This document shows, piece by piece, positions 29,858-40,740 of a DNA stretch of 64,000 nt (position 1 is the stretch's first letter; each line of letters begins with the position of its first letter). Source of the stretch: Dehalococcoidia bacterium (GTDB lineage Bacteria > Chloroflexota > Dehalococcoidia > Plut-88900); NCBI GenBank assembly GCA_963668115.1, contig OY764147.1, positions 281,449 to 345,448 of the forward strand, given 5' to 3'. The notes beneath the pieces were generated by a model, which searched no databases, was not told the origin of the DNA, and worked only from the letters and a program-made list of their open reading frames with translations. Both the position numbers and the translations under genes were made by a program.

Positions 29858-31651
29858 TTGCTAAAGACAATAGGGTGCGGTGAGCTTCGGGCAGCGGACG
29901 CCGGCAAAGACGTTACGCTGGCCGGATGGGTGCATCGCCGAAGAGACCACGGAGGGTTGATATTCATTGACCTAAGGGACAGGTCTGGGGTGGCGCAGGT
30001 GGTACTGAACCCGAAGGAGTCCCCTGAGGCCCACGAAACCGGAACGCAGTTCCGCAACGAGTGGGTGGTGCAGGTGGAGGGAAGGGTAGGGGCGCGGCCG
30101 GCGGGGACGGAGAACCCGGACCTGGTGACGGGGGAGATAGAGGTCGGGGCGCGGGTGGTCAAGGTGCTGAATCCGTCACGGACGCCGCCGTTCTACGTTA
30201 ATGAAGAGGTGGAAGTGGAGGAAGGGCTCAGGCTAAAGCACCGCTACGTGGACCTGCGGCGTCAGAGGCTCCAGCGAAACATCGCCCTGCGGCATCGGGT
30301 GGTGAAGTACATGCGGGACTTCCTGGACGGCGAGGGTTTCCTGGAGATCGAGACGCCGGTGCTGATAAAGAGCACGCCGGAAGGGGCCCGGGACTACCTG
30401 GTGCCGAGCCGGGTGCATCCGGGTAGCTTTTATGCGCTGCCGCAGTCGCCGCAGCAGTTGAAGCAGTTGCTGATGGTTTCGGGGTTCGAGAGGTATTTCC
30501 AGATTGCGCGGTGTTTCCGGGACGAGGACCAGAGGGCCGACAGGCAGCCGGAGTTCACTCAACTGGACCTAGAGATGAGCTTCGTGGACGACGAGGACGT
30601 GCTGGATTTGACCGAGTCGCTTTTTACAGGGTTGGTGGAATCGGTGACGCCGAAGATGGGTCTGACCAAGCCATTTCCGAGGTTGAGCTACGATGAGGTG
30701 ATGAGGCGGTTCGGGACGGATAAGCCGGACTTGCGTTTTGGGCTGGAGTTGGAAGAGATCACGGATGTGGTGAGGGAGTCGGGGTTCAAGGTGTTTCATT
30801 CGGTGGCGGAGAGTGGTGGGGTGATAAAGGGGATGCGGGCGCCGGGGTGCTCGGGGTACAGCCGGAGGCAACTGGACGAACTTACGGAGTTTGCGAAGGA
30901 GAGGGGAGCCAAGGGGCTAGTGACGATAGCCCTTCAAGGCGAACCGGACTCGACGGGGCGATGGGAAGCGGAGCAGGTACGGTCGGCGGTTTCGCGCTTC
31001 CTTAGCGAGGATGAACTGAATAGCATCATTGGCCGTCTCGGGGCAGAGGCGGGTGACCTACTTCTGATAGTGGCGGGAGATGAGAAGACGACGAATGCGG
31101 CCCTGGCGGCGTTGAGGAATGAGATGGGGCAGAGACTCGGGCTGGCGGACCCAGAGAAGCTGTCGTTCCTGTTTGTGGTGGACTTCCCGCTGGTGGAGTG
31201 GAACGAAGATGAGGGGAGATGGGACTCGACGCATCACCCGTTTACATCGCCTCGGGAGGGAGATATCGGGTTGATGGAGACGGAGCCGGGTCGGGTGCGG
31301 GCGCGTTGCTATGACATGGTCTGCAACGGGCAGGAGCTGGCAAGCGGCAGCATCCGAATTCACGACAGGGAGCTGCAGCAGAAGGTGTTCAAACTGCTGG
31401 ACTACAACGAAGAAGAGGCACAGGCGCGGTTCGGACACCTGCTGGAGGCGTTCGAATACGGGGCGCCGCCTCACGGGGGCATAGCGCCGGGAATCGACCG
31501 GCTGGTTGCGATCCTTGCGGGAGAAGAGAGCATCCGGGAGGTCATAGCGTTTCCAAAGAACCAGAGCGCAGTCGATGTGATGACGGATGCACCCGCGGCG
31601 GTGAGCCCGAACCAGCTTAGAGACTTGCACCTGAGGATAGTGTCGGAGTGA
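29858..31651 (+). CDS. aspS: Aspartate--tRNA ligase (probably non-discriminating)
   Basis: RRDHGG, PEGARDY, RCFRDED, PPHGGIA. Confidence 0.97.
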   Translation: MLKTIGCGELRAADAGKDVTLAGWVHRRRDHGGLIFIDLRDRSGVAQVVLNPKESPEAHETGTQFRNEWVVQVEGRVGARPAGTENPDLVTGEIEVGARVVKVLNPSRTPPFYVNEEVEVEEGLRLKHRYVDLRRQRLQRNIALRHRVVKYMRDFLDGEGFLEIETPVLIKSTPEGARDYLVPSRVHPGSFYALPQSPQQLKQLLMVSGFERYFQIARCFRDEDQRADRQPEFTQLDLEMSFVDDEDVLDLTESLFTGLVESVTPKMGLTKPFPRLSYDEVMRRFGTDKPDLRFGLELEEITDVVRESGFKVFHSVAESGGVIKGMRAPGCSGYSRRQLDELTEFAKERGAKGLVTIALQGEPDSTGRWEAEQVRSAVSRFLSEDELNSIIGRLGAEAGDLLLIVAGDEKTTNAALAALRNEMGQRLGLADPEKLSFLFVVDFPLVEWNEDEGRWDSTHHPFTSPREGDIGLMETEPGRVRARCYDMVCNGQELASGSIRIHDRELQQKVFKLLDYNEEEAQARFGHLLEAFEYGAPPHGGIAPGIDRLVAILAGEESIREVIAFPKNQSAVDVMTDAPAAVSPNQLRDLHLRIVSE

Positions 31652-31748
31652 TGGGAGTCGGGGGGAGGGGCGTTGTCGGGGGTGGGCTGTGCTATAATTT
31701 TCACGAACGGGAACTTAGCATTTCCGTAACCAAGGGAGTTCTCCACCT

Positions 31749-33092
31749 TTGAAAGTCACCAGCGAAAAGTTACCCGAAAGCCGCGTGCTTCTCACCATCG
31801 AGGTGGAAGGGGACGAGCTTGAAGGCACGTTAAAGAAGACGTACAAGAGCCTGGCGCAGCGGGTGAGGGTGCCGGGGTTCAGGCCGGGCAAGGCCCCGAG
31901 GGCCATAATCCAGAACTTCGTGGGCAAGGAAGCGGTAATTAACGAAGCGCTGCAAGACCTGGCGCCCGAGCTGGTCCAGAAAGCCATCGAAGAACAGGGG
32001 TTGGAGGCGATTGATACGCCGGACGTGGAATTCGAACCACGGGAGCCTGCAGTAATCAAGGCCACGGTGCCCCTGAAGCCAACGGTGGAATTGGGCGACT
32101 ACAAATCGATAAGGGTGAAGCCCGACCCCGTAGAGGTAACTGCGGAGCAGTTGGACGAGGCTATGGAATCGGTGAGGGAGAGGAATGCGCCGTGGGAGCA
32201 AGTAGACAGGGCGGCGGCTTTCGGGGACCTGCTGACGATAGACGTGGATGGCCGGGTGGACGGGGAGTCGGTGATCAGTGAGTCGGGGTCTCCGTACCAG
32301 CCGAACCCGGACATGGACTTCCCGGTGCCGGGATTCTCCCAACAACTGGAGGGTATGGGGAAGGGGGAGTCGAAAGAGTTTACCCTGACCCTGCCGGATG
32401 ATTTTAGACAGGAAGAGATCGCCGGAAAAGAGTGTGAGTTCAAAGTCACGGTTCAGGAAGTCAAGGCCAAGCTGCCGGGCGAGGTTGACGAAGAATTCGT
32501 GAAGGGACTGGACGGCGACTACGAGGACCTGGCCGACTTCCGGGCGAAGACCGCCGAGGCGCTGGAAGAGCAGACAAAGCAGCTATCTGACCGCAAGTTT
32601 GAAGAAGAGCTGATGCAGGCCCTCAAGGAAAAGGCCAGCATAGAGGCACCGCCCAACCTCACCGAGCGGGAAATCGACCACATGATAGTGGACGAGGCGC
32701 GGGCGATAGCGCAGGCGGGGCTGGAGTTCGGGAACTATTTGCGGGCCATCGGCCAGACACCGGAAGGGCTGAGGGATGCGAGGCGGGAGTCGGCGGAGAG
32801 CCGGGTGACGACATCGCTTATTCTCAACAAGCTGGCGGAAGAGGAAGGGATTGAGGCGAGTGAAGAAGAGATAGACGAGGAGATAAAAGAGGCCGAGGCG
32901 CAGGCCGACCCTGCCGACCCGGAGATTCTCGAACGGCTGCACAGCGATGAAGTACGGGGCAACCTCGGGAACCGGATCAGGCTGAGAAAAGCCGTTGAAC
33001 GCATGAAAGAGATAGCCCAGCAGGGCCCGGCACTTGCGGTGCCGGGTGGCGGGGCAGTGAACGAAAACGAGGAGAAAGATGCGACCGGATAA
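31749..33092 (+). CDS. tig: Trigger factor
   Basis: PGFRPGKAP signature; upstream of clpP. Confidence 0.95.
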   Translation: MKVTSEKLPESRVLLTIEVEGDELEGTLKKTYKSLAQRVRVPGFRPGKAPRAIIQNFVGKEAVINEALQDLAPELVQKAIEEQGLEAIDTPDVEFEPREPAVIKATVPLKPTVELGDYKSIRVKPDPVEVTAEQLDEAMESVRERNAPWEQVDRAAAFGDLLTIDVDGRVDGESVISESGSPYQPNPDMDFPVPGFSQQLEGMGKGESKEFTLTLPDDFRQEEIAGKECEFKVTVQEVKAKLPGEVDEEFVKGLDGDYEDLADFRAKTAEALEEQTKQLSDRKFEEELMQALKEKASIEAPPNLTEREIDHMIVDEARAIAQAGLEFGNYLRAIGQTPEGLRDARRESAESRVTTSLILNKLAEEEGIEASEEEIDEEIKEAEAQADPADPEILERLHSDEVRGNLGNRIRLRKAVERMKEIAQQGPALAVPGGGAVNENEEKDATG

Positions 33093-33708
33093 CGTGATAC
33101 CGATGATAATCGAGAGCGGCGCCCGGGGGGACAGGGCGTTCGACATCTATTCGCTGCTGCTGAAGGAGCGGATCGTATTTCTGGGCACGCCGATCACGGA
33201 CCACGTGGCTAACCTGATCGTCGCGCAGCTTCTGTACCTGGAGCGGGAAGACCCGGACAAGGACATCAACCTGTACATAAATTCTCCGGGAGGGGTGATC
33301 AGCGCAGGGCTAGCGATTTACGACACCATGCGGCTGGTACAATGCGACGTGTCCACGATATGCGTCGGGATGACGGCTAGCATGGGCACGGTTCTGCTGA
33401 GCGGGGGCAAGGCGGGGAAGAGGTTCGCATTGCCCAACTCGACCATACACATGCACCAGCCTATGGGAGGGGCGCAGGGACAGGCATCGGACATCGAGAT
33501 TGCGGCCAAAGAGATACTGCGCCTGCAAGACAAGCTGAGGAATATCCTAGCGGACAACACAGGCCAGGACTACGAAAAGATAGCCAGGGACACGGACCGG
33601 GACATATACCTGAGCGCGGACGAAGCGAGAGACTACGGCCTAGTGGACAAGGTAGTGGGTTCGGTAGAAGAGGCGAAAGAAGAAGCTAAGGAAGATAGCG
33701 CCGAGTAA
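33079..33708 (+). CDS. clpP: ATP-dependent Clp protease proteolytic subunit
   Basis: YINSPGG, ASMG, HQP. Confidence 0.97.
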   Translation: MRPDNVIPMIIESGARGDRAFDIYSLLLKERIVFLGTPITDHVANLIVAQLLYLEREDPDKDINLYINSPGGVISAGLAIYDTMRLVQCDVSTICVGMTASMGTVLLSGGKAGKRFALPNSTIHMHQPMGGAQGQASDIEIAAKEILRLQDKLRNILADNTGQDYEKIARDTDRDIYLSADEARDYGLVDKVVGSVEEAKEEAKEDSAE

Positions 33709-33738
33709 CTTGGGCCTCGGGGCCCGGGCTGAGACTAA

Positions 33739-35064
33739 ATGCCCGACGAAAGAGACGGAAAACCGAGCTACGCCTGCTCCTTCTGCTCCAAGAGTCCTCC
33801 CGACGTCAAGAAGCTGATAGGCGGGCAGGCCGAGACTTACATCTGTGACAACTGCGTGGCGCTATGCCAGCAGCTGATAGACGAAGATCGTAGTTCGGCG
33901 GGCAAGGACCTGGGGCCAGAGCAGCTACCGACTCCCCGGGAGCTCTACGAAAAGCTTAGCGAATACGTTATCGGTCAGTCCCGGGCTAAGAAGGTCCTGA
34001 GCGTAGCGGTATACAACCACTACAAGCGGATAAATAACAGGGGGTCGGGCGGAGAGGTGGAACTGGACAAGACCAACATCCTGCTGGTGGGACCCACGGG
34101 ATGTGGGAAGACCCTACTGGCCCAGACCCTGGCCAAGATTCTCCAGGTTCCTTTCGCTATTGCCGATGCTACTACGCTTACAGAAGCCGGGTATGTTGGT
34201 GAAGACGTCGAGAATATTCTGCTGCGGATAATTCAGGCGGCGAACTATGACGTAGGGAAGGCGCAGCGGGGCATTATCTATATCGATGAGATAGACAAGA
34301 TATCCCGTAAGAGCGAGAATCCTTCGATCACGAGGGACGTGTCGGGGGAGGGGGTTCAGCAGGCGCTCTTGAAGGTTATCGAAGGGTGTATTGCCAACGT
34401 CCCACCACAGGGAGGCCGAAAGCATCCTCACCAGGAATACATTCAGCTGGACACGTCCAACATTCTGTTCATCTGCGGCGGGGCCTTCGATGGGCTGGAG
34501 GAGCTGATAGAGCAGCGGGTGAAAAGAGACGTGATAAACATGGGGTTTACGTCGGCGGTGCGAGGGCATAGGGGCTCACAGGAATTATTGAACCAGTTGG
34601 AGCCCGAGGACCTGCTGAAGTTCGGACTGATCCCCGAGCTCATAGGTCGGTTGCCGGTGATGGCGGCGGTTGGGGCTTTGGACAAGGAGTCGCTGGTAAC
34701 TGTATTGACTCAGCCGAAGAATGCCCTGGTAAAGCAGTACGAGCGGATATTCGAACTGGACGGGGTGGAGTTGGAGTTCAGTGAAGCGGCACTGGAACAT
34801 GCCGCAGACATGGCGATAAGGCTGAAGACCGGGGCACGAGGATTGAGGTCGATACTGGAAGAGGCGCTGATGGAGGCGATGTACCACTCTCCTTCGATCC
34901 CCGACGTTGTGAAGTGCTATGTGGATGAACAGGCGATGACGGGAAAGAGGTCGGCCACGCTGATTACGTCGGATGGGAGGGCGATGGAAGCGAGGGCCGA
35001 TATGGATGACGTGGGGTCAGGGCTGAGGCTGGACACGGGGCTCGAGGAAGAGAAGACTGCCTGA
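33739..35064 (+). CDS. clpX: ATP-dependent Clp protease ATP-binding subunit
   Basis: Zn finger [24 protein letters not shown]. Confidence 0.97.
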   Translation: MPDERDGKPSYACSFCSKSPPDVKKLIGGQAETYICDNCVALCQQLIDEDRSSAGKDLGPEQLPTPRELYEKLSEYVIGQSRAKKVLSVAVYNHYKRINNRGSGGEVELDKTNILLVGPTGCGKTLLAQTLAKILQVPFAIADATTLTEAGYVGEDVENILLRIIQAANYDVGKAQRGIIYIDEIDKISRKSENPSITRDVSGEGVQQALLKVIEGCIANVPPQGGRKHPHQEYIQLDTSNILFICGGAFDGLEELIEQRVKRDVINMGFTSAVRGHRGSQELLNQLEPEDLLKFGLIPELIGRLPVMAAVGALDKESLVTVLTQPKNALVKQYERIFELDGVELEFSEAALEHAADMAIRLKTGARGLRSILEEALMEAMYHSPSIPDVVKCYVDEQAMTGKRSATLITSDGRAMEARADMDDVGSGLRLDTGLEEEKTA

Positions 35065-35083
35065 AGCAAAGGGGGGAGGGGTT

Positions 35084-35884
35084 ATGAGCGAAGATATCAG
35101 GTCTCATCTTTTGGTCGAAAAGAAGGGCCGCATAGCTTACGTGACGTTGAACCGGCCCGAGAGGTTGAACGCGCTGACGGATGCACACTGGCAACAGTTG
35201 GCCGATGCATGGAGGGACCTGGATGACGATCCCGACGTATGGGTGATCATCATCACCGGGTCGGGGGAGCGGGCTTTCTGCACGGGCCAGGACCTCAAGG
35301 ACGTGGCGGCCACGGGACCCGAGGCCTGGGCGGGTGAATACTCGGTGAACAACCCTCCCGGCCTGCCGCACGTCTACGAGATGTATATCTCCACGCCGGC
35401 CATAGCTGCAATCAACGGCTTCTGCATAGCCGGCGGGCTGGAAATAGCGTTGAGCTGCGACATAAGGGTGGCGGCGGAACATGCACAGTTCGGGTTGCAG
35501 GAGGTGAGATGGGGGATAATTCCCAGCGGCGGCGGCGTGGACAGGCTACCCAGGGCGATGCCTATGTGCATAGCCATGGAGTTGCTGTTGACGGGATCAA
35601 GGATAGACGCACAGGAAGCGTACAGGACCGGGCTGATAAACCGGGTGGTGCCTGCCGATCAGGTAATGTCTACAGTGGAGGAGATCGCCGAGAAGATCTG
35701 CCAAAACGGACCGCTGGCCGTGCGGGCGATAAAGGAAGCAGTCCTGCGGGGCTACAACCTGACAATGCCCCAGGCATTTCAGTTCGAAAAAGTCTTCAGC
35801 AGCATCCTCAACACCACCGAAGACTCGGTGGAAGGGCCGCTGGCTTTTTCTGAAAAACGACAGCCGCAATTCAAAGGCCGGTAA
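35084..35884 (+). CDS. Enoyl-CoA hydratase/isomerase family
   Basis: NRPERLNA, FCTGQDL, GGLEIALSCD. Confidence 0.92.
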   Translation: MSEDIRSHLLVEKKGRIAYVTLNRPERLNALTDAHWQQLADAWRDLDDDPDVWVIIITGSGERAFCTGQDLKDVAATGPEAWAGEYSVNNPPGLPHVYEMYISTPAIAAINGFCIAGGLEIALSCDIRVAAEHAQFGLQEVRWGIIPSGGGVDRLPRAMPMCIAMELLLTGSRIDAQEAYRTGLINRVVPADQVMSTVEEIAEKICQNGPLAVRAIKEAVLRGYNLTMPQAFQFEKVFSSILNTTEDSVEGPLAFSEKRQPQFKGR

Positions 35885-35941
35885 ATCGGGGGCCGAAGCA
35901 GAAAAGGCCAAGCATCAAGGACGTTCGTCTCGGAGAGAGCT

Positions 35942-36727
35942 ATGCCACAGGTGATTTTCGAAAAGAAGGGCCGGATAGCATACGTCACGATAAACCGGCC
36001 GGAAAAAATGAACGCCCTGAACAACGAGGTGGTGACGGGCCTGAACTCGGCGTGGCACGAGATCGAGAACGACACCGAGATCTGGTGCACGATAGTAACG
36101 GGCGCGGGGGGGCGGGCGTTTTCGGCGGGGGCGGACTTGAAAGAGATGTCCGACCGTAGGAAGGGGGATGGCAAAGGCGAAGGGATTCTGGCCGAGGTGC
36201 GTGCCTCGGGGTTCTGGCGCACGAGCGATCTGACCAAGCCGGTAATAGCGGCGGTAGACGGTTACTGCCTGGCTGGGGGGCTTGAGCTGGCGATGGCGTG
36301 CGATTTCATCATTGCGTCGGACAGGTCCCATTTCGGGTTGTCGGAAGTTCTGAGGGCGATCATCCCGGGGGGCGGGGGGACGCAGAGGCTGCCCCGCTCG
36401 ATACCGTTCCGACGGGCGTTGGAAGTGCTGCTAACCGGCGACCGGCTTAACGCACAGCAGGCTTATGACTTGGGTCTAGTGAACAGGGTTGTCAAGCCCG
36501 AGGAAGTGATGTCGACCGCCGAGGAGTTAGCTAACAAGATCAATGCAAATGGTCCGTTGGCGGTGCGGGCGATCAAGCAACTGGCGTACCAGGGAATAGA
36601 CATGCCGTTGGAGCAAGGGCTTCGGCTGGAGGAGCTGGTGTCGCAGAGGATCCACAAAACGGAGGACTCGAAGGAAGGGCCCCTGGCGTTTGTGGAGAAG
36701 AGGCAGCCGAACTACAAGGGGCGGTGA
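35942..36727 (+). CDS. Enoyl-CoA hydratase/isomerase family, paralog
   Basis: NRPEKMNA, FSAGADL, GGGGTQRL. Confidence 0.92.
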   Translation: MPQVIFEKKGRIAYVTINRPEKMNALNNEVVTGLNSAWHEIENDTEIWCTIVTGAGGRAFSAGADLKEMSDRRKGDGKGEGILAEVRASGFWRTSDLTKPVIAAVDGYCLAGGLELAMACDFIIASDRSHFGLSEVLRAIIPGGGGTQRLPRSIPFRRALEVLLTGDRLNAQQAYDLGLVNRVVKPEEVMSTAEELANKINANGPLAVRAIKQLAYQGIDMPLEQGLRLEELVSQRIHKTEDSKEGPLAFVEKRQPNYKGR

Positions 36728-36779
36728 AGAGGAGGAGGGTAGGCACGAGACCTGCCCCTATGCGGGATGAGTGAGAGCG

Positions 36780-37550
36780 TTAGGCGGTTCTAAACGAGCC
36801 CTCTATTTTTGAGGTGAGGTCTTGGGGTGGGGAGTCGGGTGATAGAGAGATTGCACCTTGGGAGAGGGCGGCGAGGGTCTCGACGAGGAGGGGAAGTTCA
36901 CGCTTGACTCCCTCAGCGCGGATGGCCTGGAAGAGGGGTAGGTCTTCGCCTAGGGTGTTTTGGAGGTCGGTCACAGAGGCTTCACCGATTGCATTCCAAT
37001 GATGGTCAAAGTCTTTGCCGCGGATGGAGTATTGGCAGTAGGTGATGGTCGGGCCACGGTCCAGTTCCTTGGTGACGAGGTGGATTTTGACGCCGCTGTG
37101 GGTCGCTCGCTGATCGATTAGCTGCCAGATTACGTCTTGCCATGTGCCGTCGGGGCCGTGGGGGGCAGCGGGGTGGAGGTTGATCATGGAGAACTTGCGG
37201 CATATTTCGGGGCTGACAATAAGCATGTAGCCGGCGAGGACGCAGAGGTCGGGGGAGAAGGGAGCAATGAGGTCAGAAACCTCGGCATCGTAGGCTGAGC
37301 GCCACTGGGACGGCGCCCCTGTCCATTGTCGTCGGAAGGTTCTGGAGGAGTGGTGGACGACGGTGAAGCCGAGGGAGTTGGCGAGGGCGAAAAACCGATC
37401 GCTGCCTTCGTGTTCGCCCGGGGCCCGGTTAGAGAAAACGAAACTGATCCTGGCCTTAATGCGGCCGTCGGCTATGGCCTGATGAACGGTGGATAGGAGG
37501 GCACGGGAGCCAAGGCCCCGGCCCGTGGAGAACCAGCCGAGGTTGAGCAT
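36780..37550 (-). CDS. Formyltransferase, PurN-like
   Basis: LAGYM, INLHPA, HLVTKELDRGP. Confidence 0.82.
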   Translation of the reverse strand: MLNLGWFSTGRGLGSRALLSTVHQAIADGRIKARISFVFSNRAPGEHEGSDRFFALANSLGFTVVHHSSRTFRRQWTGAPSQWRSAYDAEVSDLIAPFSPDLCVLAGYMLIVSPEICRKFSMINLHPAAPHGPDGTWQDVIWQLIDQRATHSGVKIHLVTKELDRGPTITYCQYSIRGKDFDHHWNAIGEASVTDLQNTLGEDLPLFQAIRAEGVKRELPLLVETLAALSQGAISLSPDSPPQDLTSKIEGSFRTA

Positions 37551-37574
37551 GGGGGGGTGGGGAGGGCGGTCGGG

Positions 37575-37886
37575 TTAGCCTTCTACGACTTCGCTGATGA
37601 TTGCTGTGGGCATGCCGGGGGAATAGTAGTTGGGCACGTCCCCTATGACCTTGGGGACGGTGGTGTCGTTCATTCCGGCGGCGCGCTTCTCTTCGTTCTC
37701 GAAGTAGAGGTAGCCGATGCAGTGGATGGGAGAGTCGCCGCCGGCGGCGTCGCTGACTACGTTGTCGACGTCCCACTTGAAGGCGCCGAACTCGGCGGCG
37801 GCCATGGGCATGTGGGATTTGAGGTAGTAGTCGAGGTCGAAGGTGCTGTCCTCGGTCTTGTTGTAGATGATGGCCATGCGGATCAT
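37575..37886 (-). CDS. EthD family protein
   Basis: FDLDYYLKSHMP, DVPNY. Confidence 0.8.
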   Translation of the reverse strand: MIRMAIIYNKTEDSTFDLDYYLKSHMPMAAAEFGAFKWDVDNVVSDAAGGDSPIHCIGYLYFENEEKRAAGMNDTTVPKVIGDVPNYYSPGMPTAIISEVVEG

Positions 37887-37901
37887 ATCAGCCGCCTTTC
37901 G

Positions 37902-38540
37902 CTACTCCCATATTTCTACTTTGAGGCGCTTGTTGCCCTGTTCGTCTCCTTCACCGTTGACAAAGGAGACGTCCCCGGCGGGGCAAGCGGAAAGCCCGAC
38001 GAGGCAGTCCATTTCGGCGCGCATGTCGATGTAGCCGCCCTTGCCCGCTACCGGGCCGTGGATGTGGTAGCGGCCATCGTCGTCGTAGGAGACGTTCATG
38101 AACATGTTGAATACGTCGGGAACATCATCGGGGGTGATGCCGTGGGGTTCAAGGGCCTCGACGAGGTTCATGAAACAGCTGCGGTGACCACCCTCGATAT
38201 TCCAGACCTTGTAGCGCTGGGGGGTACACTTGGCTCCGCACAGCATCCAGTGGGTGCCCACCGTGTCTTCAACGGTGGTGAACATTACGTTCATGTTAGG
38301 GGGTCGGGAGTAGAAGTCGCGTACGGCCTTGGCGCCGCCGGTGCCCTGAGCGCTGTTCATGATGAAGGTGTGGGAGGAGTCGTAGTGCTCCTTGAAGTTG
38401 TTGGCGTTGAAAGCCGTCCAGTCGCCGACCTGGGGGCCGTCTATCATGATGACCCTCTGAATCTGGCCCTTCTTGACGTAGTAGGCTGCGCCGTATTCGG
38501 CCTCGATCATTATTTCCTGTACCAGCTTGCGGCCTTCCAT
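37902..38540 (-). CDS. DUF1989 / urea carboxylase-associated family protein
   Basis: GPQVGD, SCFMNL, FNMFMNV, AEMDCLVGLSACP. Confidence 0.82.
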   Translation of the reverse strand: MEGRKLVQEIMIEAEYGAAYYVKKGQIQRVIMIDGPQVGDWTAFNANNFKEHYDSSHTFIMNSAQGTGGAKAVRDFYSRPPNMNVMFTTVEDTVGTHWMLCGAKCTPQRYKVWNIEGGHRSCFMNLVEALEPHGITPDDVPDVFNMFMNVSYDDDGRYHIHGPVAGKGGYIDMRAEMDCLVGLSACPAGDVSFVNGEGDEQGNKRLKVEIWE

Positions 38541-38573
38541 GACTATCCTCCTCGGCTGGGCGTTTAGTCCGGC

Positions 38574-39131
38574 CTATACCCGCTCCATGTAATCGCCGGA
38601 GCGGGTGTCTACCCTTATGGTGTCATCTTCATTGACGAACATCGGGACGGTAACGGTAAGGCCTGTTTCCACAGTTGCGGGCTTGGTGCCGCCCTGGGCT
38701 GTGTCGCCCTTGAAGCCGGGTTCCGTCTGGGTGACGCGTAGGTCGACGGTGGTGGGGAGCTCGATGCCGATGGGGACATCGCCGTGGAGGATGACGTCGA
38801 GGGTCATGCCCTCGAGAAGATAGCCGATCATGTCCTCAACGAGCTCCGAGGAGACGGGGTTCTGCTCAAAGGTGTCGGTGAACATAAAGTAGAAGAGATC
38901 GCCGTCGCGGTAGAGGAACTGGGCCTCGCGGCGTTCGAGTCGGGCGACGGCGAATCGCTCACCGGCCTGGAAGGTCTTCTCGATGGTGTGGCCCTCGGTG
39001 ACGTTCCGGAGCTTCATCCTGACCTGGGCCGAGCCCCGGGCGATCTTAATGTGCTTCAGCATCAGTATCTTGAAGAGGCTGCCATCGATCTCGATGGTCA
39101 TGCCTTTTCTTATATCTCCGGTCTCGATCAT
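38574..39131 (-). CDS. efp: Elongation factor P
   Basis: EPGFKGDTA..KPATVETG, VPMFV, DTRSG. Confidence 0.94.
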   Translation of the reverse strand: MIETGDIRKGMTIEIDGSLFKILMLKHIKIARGSAQVRMKLRNVTEGHTIEKTFQAGERFAVARLERREAQFLYRDGDLFYFMFTDTFEQNPVSSELVEDMIGYLLEGMTLDVILHGDVPIGIELPTTVDLRVTQTEPGFKGDTAQGGTKPATVETGLTVTVPMFVNEDDTIRVDTRSGDYMERV

Positions 39132-39186
39132 AAGCGTTCCTCACTCAAGCCTTGCTGTCAACGGATGCAGCCGTGGCTGAAGTTCT

Positions 39187-40287
39187 TCAATTGCTGGCCA
39201 AGTCTATGCCCTTGGCAGTCTGGGTGATGACCCGGACCTTGCCGTTTTCCAAGACTACCATGTCTTCGATACGGACGCCGCCCCAGCCGGGGATGTAGAT
39301 GCCGGGCTCAATGGTAAAGACCATGTTCTTGCCCAGGACGCTACCGCCTCGGGGTCCGACTACGGGAACTTCGTGGACGGCGAGACCTATGCCGTGGCCG
39401 AGGGAGTGACCGAAGCGTTCGCCATAACCGGCGTCGTCGATTATTGTGCGGGCCAGGGAGTCGGCGTCATGGCCGGTCATGCCGGAACGGACTTCTTCAA
39501 TGGCGTTTAGCTGGGCGTCGAGGACGGTGTGGTAGACCTTATCGAGCTGGGCGTCGGGCTTGCCTACTACGATGGTACGGGTGATGTCGCTGCAATAGCC
39601 GTTTATCCTTGCGCCCATGTCAATAACCACGGGCTCACCGTCCTGGATTTGCTTATCGGAGGGGCGGTGGTGGGGGAGGGCGCCGTTAGGCCCGGAGGCT
39701 ACGATGGTGTCGAAGCTGATAGAGTCGGCGCCGGCGTCACGCATGGCCTTTTCAAGCTCCCAGGCAACATGTCTTTCGGTCATGCCGGGTTCTATGGCCG
39801 GGACGACCTTTGCGAGGGCGGCGTCGGCGAAGGAGGCGGCCCGATCGATTTCGGAGATTTCGGCGGCGTCCTTGACCTCACGGAGGGCCTCGACGAGGTT
39901 GCGGGTGGACATGAGCCGGGGGCGTTCATCGGATGGGAGTTCGGAGAGGGAGCGCTTTATTGCTGAGTAGAAGGCGAAGGACACGTCGGAGGCTTCGAAG
40001 CCCAGGCGTTTGGGTTTGATCTCAGCGAGGGCCTCGTGGAACCAGCCCAGGGGCTTGCCGCCGGTCATCTTGATCAGGGTGTAGTCGGGGCACTGTCGAG
40101 CGGACTGCTCGAAGTAGCGGAAGTCGGTGGCGATGAAGGCGTGGTCCCGGGAGATAATCAAGAAACCGGATGAGCCGCTGAACCCGGAGAGGTAGAGGCG
40201 GTTCTCGGGCTGGGAGATGAGTATGGCATCGAGGCCCGAGTCATCCAGCCCCTTTCTAAGTCTTTGCGTCCTGTCCAATGTGCTCAT
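39187..40287 (-). CDS. Xaa-Pro aminopeptidase (M24B)
   Basis: YCSDITRT, HSLGHGIGL, EPGIY..GGVRIED; aroQ-pepQ-efp synteny. Confidence 0.92.
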   Translation of the reverse strand: MSTLDRTQRLRKGLDDSGLDAILISQPENRLYLSGFSGSSGFLIISRDHAFIATDFRYFEQSARQCPDYTLIKMTGGKPLGWFHEALAEIKPKRLGFEASDVSFAFYSAIKRSLSELPSDERPRLMSTRNLVEALREVKDAAEISEIDRAASFADAALAKVVPAIEPGMTERHVAWELEKAMRDAGADSISFDTIVASGPNGALPHHRPSDKQIQDGEPVVIDMGARINGYCSDITRTIVVGKPDAQLDKVYHTVLDAQLNAIEEVRSGMTGHDADSLARTIIDDAGYGERFGHSLGHGIGLAVHEVPVVGPRGGSVLGKNMVFTIEPGIYIPGWGGVRIEDMVVLENGKVRVITQTAKGIDLASN

Positions 40288-40299
40288 GATGTTTCTATC

Positions 40300-40740
40300 C
40301 TAGCGGCTTTCCTTGAGGGAGTCGACGATGAGATCAAGGGCAGAGATGTAGCCCTTCCAGCCCTGGCCGGCAATCTGGCCGCGGGCGATTGGAGCGATGA
40401 CGGAGACCGAGCGGAACTTTTCCCGGGCGTGGATGTTTGAAAGGTGGATTTCGATGATCGGGAGGGAGGTGTCGGCGAGGGCGTCGCGGAGGGAGAGTCC
40501 GTAGTGGGTGAGGGCGCCGGGGTTTATGACTATGCCATCGGCGGATTCGGACTCGTCCTGGAGGAAGTCGATGATGGCGCCTTCGTGGTTGGACTGGAAG
40601 AAGGAGACTTCGACGCCGAGGTCGGCAGCCCGGGCAGAGACGGCAGCTTCGACATCGGCGAGGGTCTGGGTGCCGTACTGGGTCGGGTCACGCTTGCCGA
40701 GGCGGTTCAGATTGGGCCCATTGACTACCAGGACTCTCAT
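40300..40740 (-). CDS. aroQ: Type II 3-dehydroquinate dehydratase
   Basis: NGPNLNRLG, QSNHEG, EIHLSN. Confidence 0.96.
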   Translation of the reverse strand: MRVLVVNGPNLNRLGKRDPTQYGTQTLADVEAAVSARAADLGVEVSFFQSNHEGAIIDFLQDESESADGIVINPGALTHYGLSLRDALADTSLPIIEIHLSNIHAREKFRSVSVIAPIARGQIAGQGWKGYISALDLIVDSLKESR